A stretch of DNA of 64,000 nt from Octopus bimaculoides (lineage: Eukaryota). Location of the stretch: assembly GCF_001194135.2 (NCBI RefSeq), contig NC_068987.1, forward strand, positions 11,869,881 through 11,933,880, written 5' to 3'. The notes below the pieces were generated by a model. It saw only the letters and a program-made list of their open reading frames with translations. It had not been told where the DNA came from and made no database searches. The stretch's first letter is position 1. The number at the start of each line of letters is the position of its first letter. Shown piece by piece: positions 1 to 12,369 of the stretch. Both the position numbers and the translations under genes were made by a program.

Positions 1-171
1 GTGTGTTTGTGTGCATGTGTATGTGTGTGTGATGGGTGTATATATGTATAGATATCTGTATGCATGTATATATGTATATATGTACATATTACATGTACAT
101 CTATCTATCTATCTATATATATATATATACATCTACACATATGTATACATATACATGTATGCATATAGATC

Positions 172-203
<32 letters not shown>

Positions 204-520
204 CGTGTACATATACATCTATATGTATACATCTCTCTCTCTCTCTTTCTCTCTCTCTATATCTATACATATACGTGTACATATACATCTATATGTATAT
301 ATACACATCTCTCTCTCTTTCTCTTTCTCTCTCTCTCTCTTTCTCTCTATCTCTTTCTCTCTTTCTCTCTCTCTCTGAAAGTATCTGTCATTACAGTATC
401 GAAATGGTGTGCATATACATGTATATGTATACATATATATATCTCTCTCTCTCTTTCTGTCTCTCTCTTTCTCTCTTTCTCTCTCTGTGAAAGTATCTGT
501 CATTACAGTATCGAAATGTG
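1..520. repeat. Compound (TG)/(TA)/(CT) microsatellite with local duplications
   Basis: Low-complexity tract; the 30-mer GAAAGTATCTGTCATTACAGTATCGAAATG occurs at 377-406 and 489-518. Confidence 0.95.
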
Positions 521-1501
521 ATTGTTTCAGTTAGTGGAATAGTTTCATTTTTAAAGTGAAAGTATTTGACATGATTGTTTTTGTTTCACTTTTGACACGT
601 AATACTTAAATAGTGGAGGAGATATTATGTTGCCGTGGGCTCGAACTNNNNNNNNNNNNNNNNNNNNNNNNNNNNNNNNNNNNNNNNNNNNNNNNNNNNN
701 NNNNNNNNNNNNNNNNNNNNNNNNNNNNNNNNNNNNNNNNNNNNNNNNNNNNNNNNNNNNNNNNNNNNNNNNNNNNNNNNNNNNNNNNNNNNNNNNNNNN
801 NNNNNNNNNNNNNNNNNNNNNNNNNNNNNNNNNNNNNNNNNNNNNNNNNNNNNNNNNNNNNNNNNNNNNNNNNNNNNNNNNNNNNNNNNNNNNNNNNNNN
901 NNNNNNNNNNNNNNNNNNNNNNNNNNNNNNNNNNNNNNNNNNNNNNNNNNNNNNNNNNNNNNNNNNNNNNNNNNNNNNNNNNNNNNNNNNNNNNNNNNNN
1001 NNNNNNNNNNNNNNNNNNNNNNNNNNNNNNNNNNNNNNNNNNNNNNNNNNNNNNNNNNNNNNNNNNNNNNNNNNNNNNNNNNNNNNNNNNNNNNNNNNNN
1101 NNNNNNNNNNNNNNNNNNNNNNNNNNNNNNNNNNNNNNNNNNNNNNNNNNNNNNNNNNNNNNNNNNNNNNNNNNNNNNNNNNNNNNNNNNNNNNNNNNNN
1201 NNNNNNNNNNNNNNNNNNNNNNNNNNNNNNNNNNNNNNNNNNNNNNNNNNNNNNNNNNNNNNNNNNNNNNNNNNNNNNNNNNNNNNNNNNNNNNNNNNNN
1301 NNNNNNNNNNNNNNNNNNNNNNNNNNNNNNNNNNNNNNNNNNNNNNNNNNNNNNNNNNNNNNNNNNNNNNNNNNNNNNNNNNNNNNNNNNNNNNNNNNNN
1401 NNNNNNNNNNNNNNNNNNNNNNNNNNNNNNNNNNNNNNNNNNNNNNNNNNNNNNNNNNNNNNNNNNNNNNNNNNNNNNNNNNNNNNNNNNNNNNNNNNNN
1501 N

Positions 1502-1948
1502 TTTCATTCTTCACCATTTTCCTTTTCTTTTTCTTCTTCTTCTTCTTCTTCTTCTTCTTCTTCTTCTTCTCTTTCTTCTTCTTCTTCTTCTTCTTCTTCT
1601 TCTTCTTCTCTTTCTTCCTCTTCTTCTACTACTATTTCGTTCTTCACCATTTTCCTTTACTTCTTCTTCTTTTTCTCCTCCTTCTTTTCCTTCTTCTTTT
1701 TCTTCTTCTTCTTCTCCTCCTCCTCCTCCCCTTCTTTCTTCTTCTTCTTCTTCTTCTTCTTCTCTTTCATCTTCTTTTCCTTCTTCTTCTTCTCCCCCTC
1801 CTCCTCCTTCTTCTTCTTTTCTTTCTTCTTCTTCTTCTCTTTCATCATCATCATCTTCTTCTTCTTCTTCTCTTTCATCATCATCATCTTCTTCTTCTCT
1901 TTCATCATCATCATCATCTTCTTCTTCTTCTTCTTCTTCTTCTTCTTC
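1502..1948. repeat. (TTC)n/(TCA)n trinucleotide tract
   Basis: Direct reading; explains the poly-F/S/L pseudo-ORFs. Confidence 0.97.
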
Positions 1949-2596
1949 CAGCTAAACCCTAATCCTTTCTTTCCTGCTATATTCGCCTGACAATTATATC
2001 CTCTTTTCCTGTTATTTTTTCTAAAATTCGTTTTAGTTTTCCTTTCTATTTTCTTTTTTTTTAATTACTTATTTATGTTTTACAGTAAATATGCCTTTTG
2101 TATATAATTCGTCTCGAGATTTTCTTTTTTTTTTTTCACTTATTATTACTTACGTAGTTAAGATTGGGTGTAGTCTCGTGACTTAATGTTGAAGCAACTG
2201 ACATCATTTCGAGTTCTTCTGTGATTTCAAGTGCAGAAATTAAACCTGATACGGACTATCCTGGGTCTTTAATTGACTTACTGAGTAGATAAGAACTTAT
2301 TAAGTGAGTAATACCTCGTAAATAATCGAGTCAAAGGGACATCGCGGAACCTTATACATCCGTGTTTTATAATCAAGCCAGTAATGATATGGTCCATTAT
2401 CGCTTAGTTACTCACTGCAGACGTCTTACAAGACGTGATTTTGTATTTTAATAGACATTAACGGTAGAAAAGTTTTTTCTTGATCCCTTGGTCTCATAAA
2501 GCCGGTTCTCGGTTTCCATTGGGTGTAAGTGACCGAAATCACAACATTCCCCTGAATCGGACATCGGACCGTCATAGGGGAGGGGACAAGTAAATG

Positions 2597-2922
2597 ACAT
2601 CGACTCCAGTACTAGGTTGGTCTTTTATATTTATTGACTCTGAAGGGAGGAAAGGCGAAGTTGACTTTGACGGGATTTGAACTCAGAACGTAAAGGGCCA
2701 GGAGAAATGCCGCTAAGCAGGGACAGACTGAGCCGTCGATCAATCGGGCACTGCCCGAGGGCCCGGAGCTCTCAGCGGCCCCGCACTCTATATGTTAACT
2801 CTACTGATATCAATGCTAAAGCACCCGGTAAACAGTTATGCCCAAGGGCCCTTAGTACTCCCAGTCCGCCCCTACCGCAAAGCCTTTTGTTCGACGCGCT
2901 AACGATTCTGTCAGTTCACCGC
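2597..2922 (-). mobile_element. SINE family B copy interrupted by a MITE
   Basis: Reverse-complement B body at 2597-2717 (ggaaaggcgaagttgac...atttgaactcagaacgtaaag...ccgctaag); head resumes at 2875-2922 (gctaacgattctgtcagttcaccgc). Confidence 0.8.
2718..2874. mobile_element. hAT-type MITE (157 bp)
   Basis: Imperfect TIRs CAGGGACAGACTGAG / CCCAGTCCGCCCCTA; 8-bp TSD CCGCTAAG (2710-2717) vs CCGCAAAG (2875-2882). Confidence 0.75.
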
Positions 2923-3244
2923 ATTGCGAAGAATCGAAGAAATGAGTTAATTTTTCAGTCTGAGTTAAAACCTGGTGGCACATCGGAGTTGATGTGCTAC
3001 GAACTTATCTCTACAACTATTTTTATTCGTTCACATTGGAGGAAAAGGTCGTGTCTATACCTTTCGAATGCTGTCCAATACCCAGTGAGACAACGCGTTA
3101 ATGTTTCTCTTGAACAGTTGCAGATTGAACGGGTGCAGGAACGAAAGAAAAAAAAAATGGGGAAAAGGGTTGAAATTCAAGTGTAGAAAGTTTGCATGGT
3201 TAATACTGGGCCTAGCGGGATGAGGAGACACAATAGAAACGGAA

Positions 3245-3560
3245 TTAGCTGCGGATGACTGAGTGGAGCTTGTACAAGTTTAGCAGCTCGAAGGAGTAGA
3301 GTCTACTGTAGTATATGTAGGAAAGGCTCAGAGAGTGGGCACGGCACGCTTGTGGGTTAGAAGCCGGAGTGTGTTGGTGGGATGTTTCATGCCAATTTGG
3401 TCGGATGGCATTTCTTGGGAAGCGATCTAGGTTGTCTGAATGCGTAGCAGCAGACATAAACTCAACAGCGAATGACGACTGCGGCTACGGCGTCTGCGTT
3501 ATCCGATGCGCTTGCTCTCCCAGTGGGGAATTTATCAAACTTGCAAGCTTGCCGACCGTC
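3245..3560 (-). pseudogene. Decayed 3' ORF2 remnant of a CR1/Jockey-like LINE
   Basis: Frameshift-joined translation LDRFPRNAIR..PTNTLRLLTHKRAVPTLSLSYIYYSRLYSFEL resembles the LDRxQRxAxR...HRRxVAxLSLFYRYY C-terminal region of APE-type LINEs (recognised from memory). Confidence 0.5.
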
Positions 3561-3789
3561 GGATCTGGTCAGCATTCGTGAAGGACGTGAAGAACTCGTG
3601 GGTCGGATGCCTGGTGAATGCCTTGGTGAATGCTGTCACAAGTACATGTGCAAGTATAGTAGCAGCGCCGTACCTGACGCAGGAACAATGCGCCATTACG
3701 TGTTTTACTCGAATTTTGTACAGTATTAATAATAGCTACAGGATCTGAATGATTTTTCTGGTCCCGAAGAAGGACCGCAAAAATTGTAT

Positions 3790-3935
3790 AAGGCTCGTAG
3801 CCATGTGGTTTAGGGCGTTGCTCTCATGAACGTACGGTTGTTGTTTCGATTTCCGGATCGGGAGGTATGTTGTGTTCTTGAGCAAAACACTTCGTTTCAC
3901 GCTGTTCCAGTCCACTCGGCTGTAAACAAGTAACT
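3790..3935 (+). mobile_element. SINE family D, 5' part
   Basis: tRNA-like head plus TTGTGTTCTTGAGCAAAACACTTCGTTTCACGCTGTTCCAGTCCACTC, shared with the copies at 21775-22030 and 34240-34465. Confidence 0.8.
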
Positions 3936-4024
3936 CCATTCAGGACGGGTATTGAGTTCTCAGTAACTTATGGAACTGGGTAACCAGTCCTTTAAGTCCG
4001 AGGACGCGTGGACAGTAATGTCCA

Positions 4025-4049
4025 TGTGTTGATGATGATGATGGTGGTG

Positions 4050-4084
<35 letters not shown>

Positions 4085-4180
4085 AATGATGATGACGGTG
4101 AGGATGATGAGGATGATAATAATGATGATGATGAAGACGATAAAGAAGATGAAGACGATAAAGAAGATGAAGACGAAGGC
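4025..4180. repeat. (GAT)n tract with an 18-bp tandem repeat (GATGAAGACGATAAAGAA)
   Basis: Direct reading. Confidence 0.95.
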
Positions 4181-4504
4181 CTCTCTTTATGAAGCAGTTT
4201 TTAAGCCTCGAACTTCTACACACACACGCACGCACACACACACACGCACGCACGCACACACACACACACGCACGCACACACACACGCGCCCACGCACGGG
4301 CAGAGTGTGGTACATAATTAGTTTTAGAAATGTATTACTCAGTGTTTAAAAGAAAATAGAAATGCAAGAAATTGAACTAATTACGAAAGCAGCAAAAGAA
4401 AAACTAAGGAAAAAAGATGTGGCATTCGAATGAAATATATAAATATACCTGGTTGTTTTCCATTCAGTTCCTTAGAAACGAAAAAAAATAATAACATTAC
4501 GTCT

Positions 4505-4536
<32 letters not shown>

Positions 4537-4677
4537 GCGCCCGCGCACACACACATACACACACATACACACACATACCTCCCTATACACGCACAAAAAT
4601 ATATACCTATATACACATATATACATGTATATTTAATTACATATATATTTACATATACAGGTATATATATTTACACA

Positions 4678-4718
<41 letters not shown>

Positions 4719-4754
4719 GCATATATTTACACACATACACACACGACCACTACA

Positions 4755-4927
4755 CATATTTTTTTCTCTCTTTGTTTCTCTCCTTGTTTCTTTCTGTGTT
4801 CCTTTCTGTGGAAGAGCGTAGGCTCGAAATGTTAAAGACTTTCTCTATTCCCGAGCGTTATACTAATACATCCATTTGTTGTTTACACCACCTGTCTTCG
4901 TCTGTTGGTTTTTCGTGAATTCTCCCC

Positions 4928-4962
<35 letters not shown>

Positions 4963-4965
4963 ATA
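4755..4965 (+). mobile_element. Penelope-like terminal-repeat remnant with degenerate hammerhead motif
   Basis: Pyrimidine tract, then CTTT-CTGTGGA-A-GAGC-gtag-GCTC-GAAA-TGTT-AAAG (4802-4837), ending in (TA)n; architecture parallels 12780-13005. Confidence 0.6.
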
Positions 4966-5204
4966 GATTGACAGATATGTGTGTATGTGTATTGTGCAAA
5001 CACACATATCTATCATACCCACTCACGCAAAGACACACACACACACACACACACACGCAAACACACACTGGCTCATTATAGAGTCAAATAAAAGCCAAAA
5101 TTGTAATGATTCTGGAAAGAAAGTTGGTTCGTGGAATGAGTTGATGCATGCTTACTCTCTGTGCTTTCCATCAGACGTACATTTAACTTCTCCATCATTT
5201 GGAT

Positions 5205-5430
5205 ATATATATGCAAAGGATAAAAGGTCCTTCATGAGCCATAGGGATTCTGTGATGTATAAATTTCTCCATCCCTGGATGGGCCGTCGGTCTGTCACAG
5301 AATTGTACATTTTTACCAGTTGAGTGACTGGAGAAATGTGAAATTAAGCGTTTTGCTGAAGAAAACAACGCATCCAGGAATTGAAACCACAATCTTACGA
5401 TCGTGACTGCAACCAATAAGCAACGCACCT
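5205..5430 (-). mobile_element. SINE family D copy
   Basis: CCAGTTGAGTGACTGGAGAAATGTGAAATT...GGAATTGAAACCACAATCTTACGATCGTG matches other D copies. Confidence 0.8.
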
Positions 5431-5503
5431 ACACACACTCACACACCAATAGTTGGATCCGAAGACTGTATCAATAACCCGTAACATCAATTTATGCATG
5501 CAG

Positions 5504-5591
5504 TCCCAATGAAATACAGATTGGTTTGCCGTGATGACGGGAGCTTTAACATTCCGAAGAAAGAATGCTCAACTGGTTATTCGAATTCGAG
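5504..5591 (+). CDS. Candidate internal exon, unidentified (VPMKYRLVCRDDGSFNIPKKECSTGYSNS)
   Basis: tgcag acceptor, GAG|gtaagg donor, open frame with sushi-like C-x-x-D-G-S-F spacing; could be chance. Confidence 0.25.
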
Positions 5592-6785
5592 GTAAGGACA
5601 GGGAGTGGAAATTAAAAAGAAATAACATAAAACAAACAGAAATGAAAGAAAAGAAAAATAGAACACAGAGAAAGCGTTGGATTTCATTTTATCAGGCGTT
5701 CAACTGCACAACCTGATATTTTTTTAAATAGCTCTTTTATTATGCATTTTGCGATTTTTACAACATTATAGGCTACGCAATGGTATAATTTTTTTTTTAA
5801 ATGTCATTTTTTTCTTAATACTATGAAAGCAGAAAAAAATATTGAATTCATTTGACTAGGTACAAAGCTACAAATTTACAAGAGTGATTGGAATGTAATG
5901 TTGTGACGCCCACGATTATTCAAAGAATTCAGCGACAAAGTGTAACAACTAAACATCGGGAATTGAAACCAAGTCAGTATGGCACGTTCCAGCGGGAGTT
6001 TGCTTATTTCTCGGCTCGTAGCTCATCCTGATTTTATTTTATTAAATATATATATCCAGCTTAAGCTGAAATTAAGATTAATAAAATAAAATTCACTTGC
6101 GACTGTTAAAGCAAACATGTTGAAACAAATGAAATGTTTATTGGGGTTAACTAATTTTAAATACTTAATACGTGTGTGCTGCGTTGGCGATGAATTCCAT
6201 TTTACACCGCTTAAGTATCAAACGAGACGATGATATCACAAAATCTCATTCACTTGTCTAAAACAATTTTAATAACATTTACATAAGACTGAAACACATC
6301 CATAGAAATACAAACAAATACACACACATACACGCACGCACATTACACACACACAGACTTGTGTTGGCACTGTTGTTACGAAAATCCAGGCCGTCAGACT
6401 TACGCTATTACGTAAATTTCTCTATGTCACCAAGAGTTTGTTTACGCACTTCATAAAATATATTCTTTTAAACCTCGGCAGTTGAGAGATGAGGCAAAAC
6501 AAACTCTGACGAGCGTTAAGAATGCCGAAACTAATCAGGTGACCTTCCCTCTCAGCTGTCAAAGATCTTGTTATACTTCTTTCACAGTCAAACTAGACAT
6601 ATGTTTATTAAACATATCTTATGTTTTACATATACGCATCAAATATATATTTATATATTATACATATATATCTATCTATATATAAATACACAAATTATAG
6701 ATATAATATGTATGTATTATATATACTCATAATACATAGATATTGTATATACATAGTATAGATAATGTATACATGATATACATAC

Positions 6786-6827
<42 letters not shown>

Positions 6828-7965
6828 ATATGTATACATATATATATATATATTTATGTGAATATGCATATATATATTTATGCATTTATATATATTATAT
6901 ATATACTTACATATATATATATACACATACATACATATATATACATGCATACATATTATNNNNNNNNNNNNNNNNNNNNNNNNNNNNNNNNNNNNNNNNN
7001 NNNNNNNNNNNNNNNNNNNNNNNNNNNNNNNNNNNNNNNNNNNNNNNNNNNNNNNNNNNNNNNNNNNNNNNNNNNNNNNNNNNNNNNNNNNNNNNNNNNN
7101 NNNNNNNNNNNNNNNNNNNNNNNNNNNNNNNNNNNNNNNNNNNNNNNNNNNNNNNNNNNNNNNNNNNNNNNNNNNNNNNNNNNNNNNNNNNNNNNNNNNN
7201 NNNNNNNNNNNNNNNNNNNNNNNNNNNNNNNNNNNNNNNNNNNNNNNNNNNNNNNNNNNNNNNNNNNNNNNNNNNNNNNNNNNNNNNNNNNNNNNNNNNN
7301 NNNNNNNNNNNNNNNNNNNNNNNNNNNNNNNNNNNNNNNNNNNNNNNNNNNNNNNNNNNNNNNNNNNNNNNNNNNNNNNNNNNNNNNNNNNNNNNNNNNN
7401 NCATTTCTTTGGCTTTTGTCTTAAATTCTTTTTTTTTTTTTATAATTTCTGATCTTTATTTCCTTTAACCCACAAAATAACCGCAGCTCCACCAAAAACA
7501 CGGCAAAGTCAAGACCAATCAATCGACAGCTTTTCGCACTATCGAAAGAGTTCATTGTCATCATTTTTTCGACACCGAGAAGTTAGGAACACAACTTGGA
7601 TTCGCCAAACATCGTCGCATCTTCTGCATCAGTGCTCTCGTTACTGCAATGTTTCCGAGTTTTGAGCTCAATTGCGAGTATATACAGGGAAAACCCAGAC
7701 ATCTTGTATTGGCCGGAGGTCCTCGTCTGGCCCTAAAAATAAAAATAAAATAAAACTTTTCATTAGAATTTCAAATGAAGAGAGCATGCGCAGGCACAAA
7801 CGCAGAGGTACACACACATGACACACTCTAACACATTAAGTACTCAACATCGTCACGTACAAATAAACGATTTAAGGAGAAATTTAAGGACATGAATCTT
7901 ATTACTCTTAGAAAGCCTGCAAAAGGCTTTGCCCTTTCATGCAGACATAACTAATAACAATCTGC

Positions 7966-8663
7966 ATAGGAGTGGCTGTGTGGTAAGTAGCTTGCTTACC
8001 AACCACATGGTTCCGGGTTCAGTCCCACTGTGTGACGCCTTGGGCAACTGTCTTCTACTATAGCCTTGGGCCGACCAAAGCCTTGTGAGTGGATTTGGTA
8101 GACGGAAACTGAAAGAAGCCCGTCGTATATATGNNNNNNNNNNNNNNNNNNNNNNNNNNNNNNNNNNNNNNNNNNNNNNNNNNNNNNNNNNNNNNNNNNN
8201 NNNNNNNNNNNNNNNNNNNNNNNNNNNNNNNNNNNNNNNNNNNNNNNNNNNNNNNNNNNNNNNNNNNNNNNNNNNNNNNNNNNNNNNNNNNNNNNNNNNN
8301 NNNNNNNNNNNNNNNNNNNNNNNNNNNNNNNNNNNNNNNNNNNNNNNNNNNNNNNNNNNNNNNNNNNNNNNNNNNNNNNNNNNNNNNNNNNNNNNNNNNN
8401 NNNNNNNNNNNNNNNNNNNNNNNNNTATATATATATATATATATATGCGTGTGTGTATGTTTGTGTGTCTGTGTTTTCCCCCGGCATCGCTTGACATCCG
8501 ATGCTGGTGTGTTTGCGTCCCCGGAACTTAGCAGTTCGGCAAAAGGAGACCGATAGAATAAGTACTAGGCTTACAAAGAATAAGTCCTAGGGTCGATTTG
8601 CTCGACTAAAGGCGGTGCTCCAGCATGGCCGCAGTGAAATGACTGAAACAAGTAAAAGAGTAA
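7966..8663 (+). mobile_element. SINE family A, full length (internal N gap 8134-8426)
   Basis: Head GGAGTGGCTGTGTGGTAAGTAGC with B-box-like GGTTCAGTCCC; CORE-like CCTTGGGCAA; internal microsatellite; tail ...GACTGAAACAAGTAAAAGAGT. Confidence 0.92.
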
Positions 8664-10224
8664 GGATTTTCAGAGTTTCACACACACACACTAGGTATAT
8701 GCCAGTGATCCTACTGACAATATTGTAGACACAAACACGGTGATAAGTGTTCCATACATATGGACGCTTTAAGCTTTTTTTGTTGTTGTTAGTTCAATTA
8801 TAAGGTTTGTTGCAGATTTCAGAGCTTCTGTTCATTTTTCTGTTGCGTTTTTAAATGAAGGCGACTCAGTTCAAGGTTACCGCTATCAAGTGGAATTATC
8901 AGCGAAGCAAGCAGAATCTGGCTAAAACTGACCGATTTTTAAAATTAATTGTGAAGTTCAGACATCTGAAAATGTTCATTTAAGGAAAATCTAGTTTCAT
9001 ATCACGTTAAAGTATAGGATGGCCCTATCAGTTCTGAGTAACGATAGTATGAATCACACTGTTCCCCCCCACACACACACACATTTGCGGTGTTTATGTG
9101 TGTGTGTGTGTACGTGTGTGTGTATGCGTCGGTATGTCTGCGTGCGTATGTGTATATGTCGGTATGTTTGCGTGTGTGTGTAATGCGTGCGCAATTTAAA
9201 CAGCTGATATTTATACTTTAACAATCGATGACTCTCCTTCGACCATAACAAAGTTCATAAGTAGAGAATTGATGAATCACTTATCCTCTACTCACAGTCA
9301 CACACACACATGTGTAAACTCTGCATGTTATCGTCCAGACGCCATATTTTCTGATAAAAGCGCAATGAAGGTTGAGATCGACGAAGCTGATTCCACCTTT
9401 TCTGTTCACGAAGGGAGTGTATTAAAAGGAAGTTGCCTACGACTGTCCTGTGTATGTAATGCAGTTTGATTTACTTATGCAGCGGGAAGAAACACACGGA
9501 TCTAATCACTAGTGTACTACGTAATAATGTAACAACCATTGCTAAAGAATCCGTCATCAATTAAACGAAATACCTGTTGGGAATGCATTATTTATGCAAA
9601 TCGGAACTGCCGACGGGGAGATTTTATATATGAAAAAGCAAACAAACAAACAAAGAGATAAAAAATAAAACATGTTTGAGATTGTTCTGGGTAATTAACG
9701 TTTTAACTGCACATGTGGTGTTGAGTGGCATTTGTAGATTTATCTATTCTGTAGTATATATATATATATATATATANNNNNNNNNNNNNNNNNNNNNNNN
9801 NNNNNNNNNNNNNNNNNNNNNNNNNNNNNNNNNNNNNNNNNNNNNNNNNNNNNNNNNNNNNNNNNNNNNNNNNNNNNNNNNNNNNNNNNAGAGAGAGAGA
9901 GAGAGAGAGAGAGAGACAAAAATCGAACACAAGGTATGTGTGTTGTTAGTTTGTGGGTCGGCTGCAGTTTCTAGGTGTACGAAAGTATAATCTCTCTTCA
10001 CATGGTATGAAAAAAAAAAAACACCTGAAGGTAAGCCATAGTCAAGCGAGATAACTCACATAGGTCCATTCTCGGAGCGACAGACATTAATGTTTCGTCG
10101 TTGTTGTGACTTATCAATACTGCATACCGAACAAGGCCCGCTGCAAGCCATACCGCCAGCTATGACTATATGCTAAATGGTTTAAACACTATCTGCTGGC
10201 ATTTCCCAACGTTTCATGCCACAG

Positions 10225-10281
10225 AAAAACTTCAAATATGAATTAGAGGCAGCTGGAGGTCTTGTTCTGTATGCGGCATTG
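10225..10281 (+). CDS. Candidate 57-nt exon (KNFKYELEAAGGLVLYAAL)
   Basis: cacag acceptor, TTG|gtaagt donor, only one frame open; no identity recognised. Confidence 0.25.
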
Positions 10282-11036
10282 GTAAGTCACGACAATGACG
10301 AAAAAACTCATAGTTTTATCATTCGGTCAAACTGGATGTCTGCAATACTTTAACGTCTGTTCCAAATGCTATTGAACAACAGTTTTATTAAAGTTCCATC
10401 TTGAATCTGTATAGTTCAATCTTAATAACCGGTTATTTACAACATGTCACCTTCGTGATTTAAAATTATTTGATAACCTACAATTGCATAAGATTTTTCG
10501 GTCTTTATCTATCAAATGATTACTTGCGTTGATTATGTTAACGTTATTAAAAAGCAAGCAAACTTCTTTCTGAAACAGGAAATAAATGTACGAACCTGTG
10601 CCTTACAATATAAACATAGATTTTTGACCGCTAATCGAAAGGGGATTACTGATTAGGTGGCACTACATTCCTACTGCTCGACATAAGCTGGTTTTATCTT
10701 GTTAAATTCGCTTAGCATTGTAATGGGTATTATCAAAAAGTGTGTTTTGTGGTTGCTCTAGCTAAAACCAGTAAAATACGAAATGGTTTCTTGTTGCACA
10801 GGTATGTCAACACAGTTTTTTGTTCTGCGAATTATCATACAAAAAAAAAAAAAATGCATAAAAATACGACATATTATTGTAACTGGATAGTATCAAAATC
10901 AGTGATAATTAGTTCTGGCATATAAAATGCTAAAATCGACTATTGTAAACAATAGACAATATTCTTACGTCAGTAACCTCGTATTCGACCTGACTTTGCC
11001 TGTTTCTGTATTTGTATTATTTGTAAACAAATTAAG

Positions 11037-11511
11037 ATGGTGGGCCGGCAGAATCGTTACAGTGCCGTACAAAATGCTTAGCTTCATTTCTTCCGGCTCT
11101 TTGCGTTCTAAATTCAAATGCTGTGGAGGTCGACTTTGTCTTTCATCCTTTCGAGGTCGATAAAAAATAAAACACCAGCCTAACACTAGGGCCGATGCAA
11201 CCGACGTACGCCCCCCCCCNNNNNNNNNNACTCATTTCCTTTGTAAGAATTTTGTCCTTGTCCCTGCATTATCATTTCATCTGATCGTAATGTGTGTGTG
11301 TGTGCGAGGGCGGCGAGATGGCAGAATCGTTTGTAGCCCGGACGCATTTCGCCCGCCTCTGCATTGTGAGATCAAATTTCGCCACAGTCGACTTTGCTTT
11401 TCATCCTTCCGGGGTCGATAAAATTAGCGGCCGTTGAATACTAGGGCCGATATAATCATCTTAGTACCTCCCCCTCCACCGAAATTGCTGGCCTTGTGCC
11501 AGCATTGAAAC

Positions 11512-11542
<31 letters not shown>

Positions 11543-12095
11543 CGCGAACGAGCGTACGTTTGATTCTGTAAAGGGTGTAAAGTCCAAATAGGTAGCACTG
11601 AAGGTGAGAAAATCTTTGAAAAATATGTCTCTGGCAATTTACAATTGTCACCTTTCTATGTTATTCTAAGTTGTAAGTGGTTATTTACTAGTTTTTGTCA
11701 TTACATCAAGAAAGAAATGGATGCACTCTAGAAAGAACTAGTTATAATTGTTCAAGACAAAATACTGATTCATTTCTCTTTTGTCATTCCATTGTGGTTA
11801 TCTTGTTAAAAGTACTGAAAAGCAGTTCTAACAACAGAAGGAAATCGAAAATATAATCGATAATATTATCGCTATGTTTTAGGCGGCGAGCTGGCAAAAT
11901 CGTTCGTACGCCGGGTGAAATGCTTAGCGGCATTTCGCCCGTCTTTACGTTCTGAGTTCAAATTCCGCTGAGCTCAATTTTGTCTTTCATCTTCTTTTGG
12001 GGCGGATAAAATAAATCCCAGTCGAACACTGGAGGCGATGTAATCGATTTACTCCCACCCCGAAATTACTGGCCTTGTGCCCAAAATTTGAAATT
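11037..12095 (+). mobile_element. Three SINE family B copies (about 11037-11190, 11307-11515, 11882-12095)
   Basis: Each has GGCAGAATCGTT...GTCGACTTTGCYTTTCATCCTT..GGGGTCGATAAA. The central block resembles the MetaSINE 'Meta' domain (from memory, unverified). Confidence 0.88.
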
Positions 12096-12369
12096 AATAT
12101 TTTTGTTTGTTTGGTAACGCTTTGGCAAGTCCAAATACACTCTGCCACATCGTTATTTTCATACCAAAGAAAATGGAATATCGTTAGAATTGAAACCACA
12201 GACTCAATGAAGGATATTACAGTAACTACTTATCGCCGGATTCTAAATATATATATATCAATAAAAATTATATTTCACTTTTTAAAATATTTATTTACAG
12301 ATCACTAGTCTTTCGAATAATATAAATAACATAAATGTTGTTTACGTAAAAAAAAATTATGTCTTCAGT

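Noticed and set aside
551-1990. Long ORFs of 300-450 aa in the ORF track (and similar ones at 36848, 39814, 47536, 49133)
   Set aside because: They consist of N runs and microsatellite translations.
5156-5275. Minus-strand open frame ending in a gtaagc donor
   Set aside because: Most of it is the tail of a SINE D copy.
6500-6540. CTGACGA-GCGTT-aag-AATGC-C-GAAAC-TA hammerhead-like string
   Set aside because: No stem I pairing and no palindromic or hairpin stem III; probably chance or too decayed to support.
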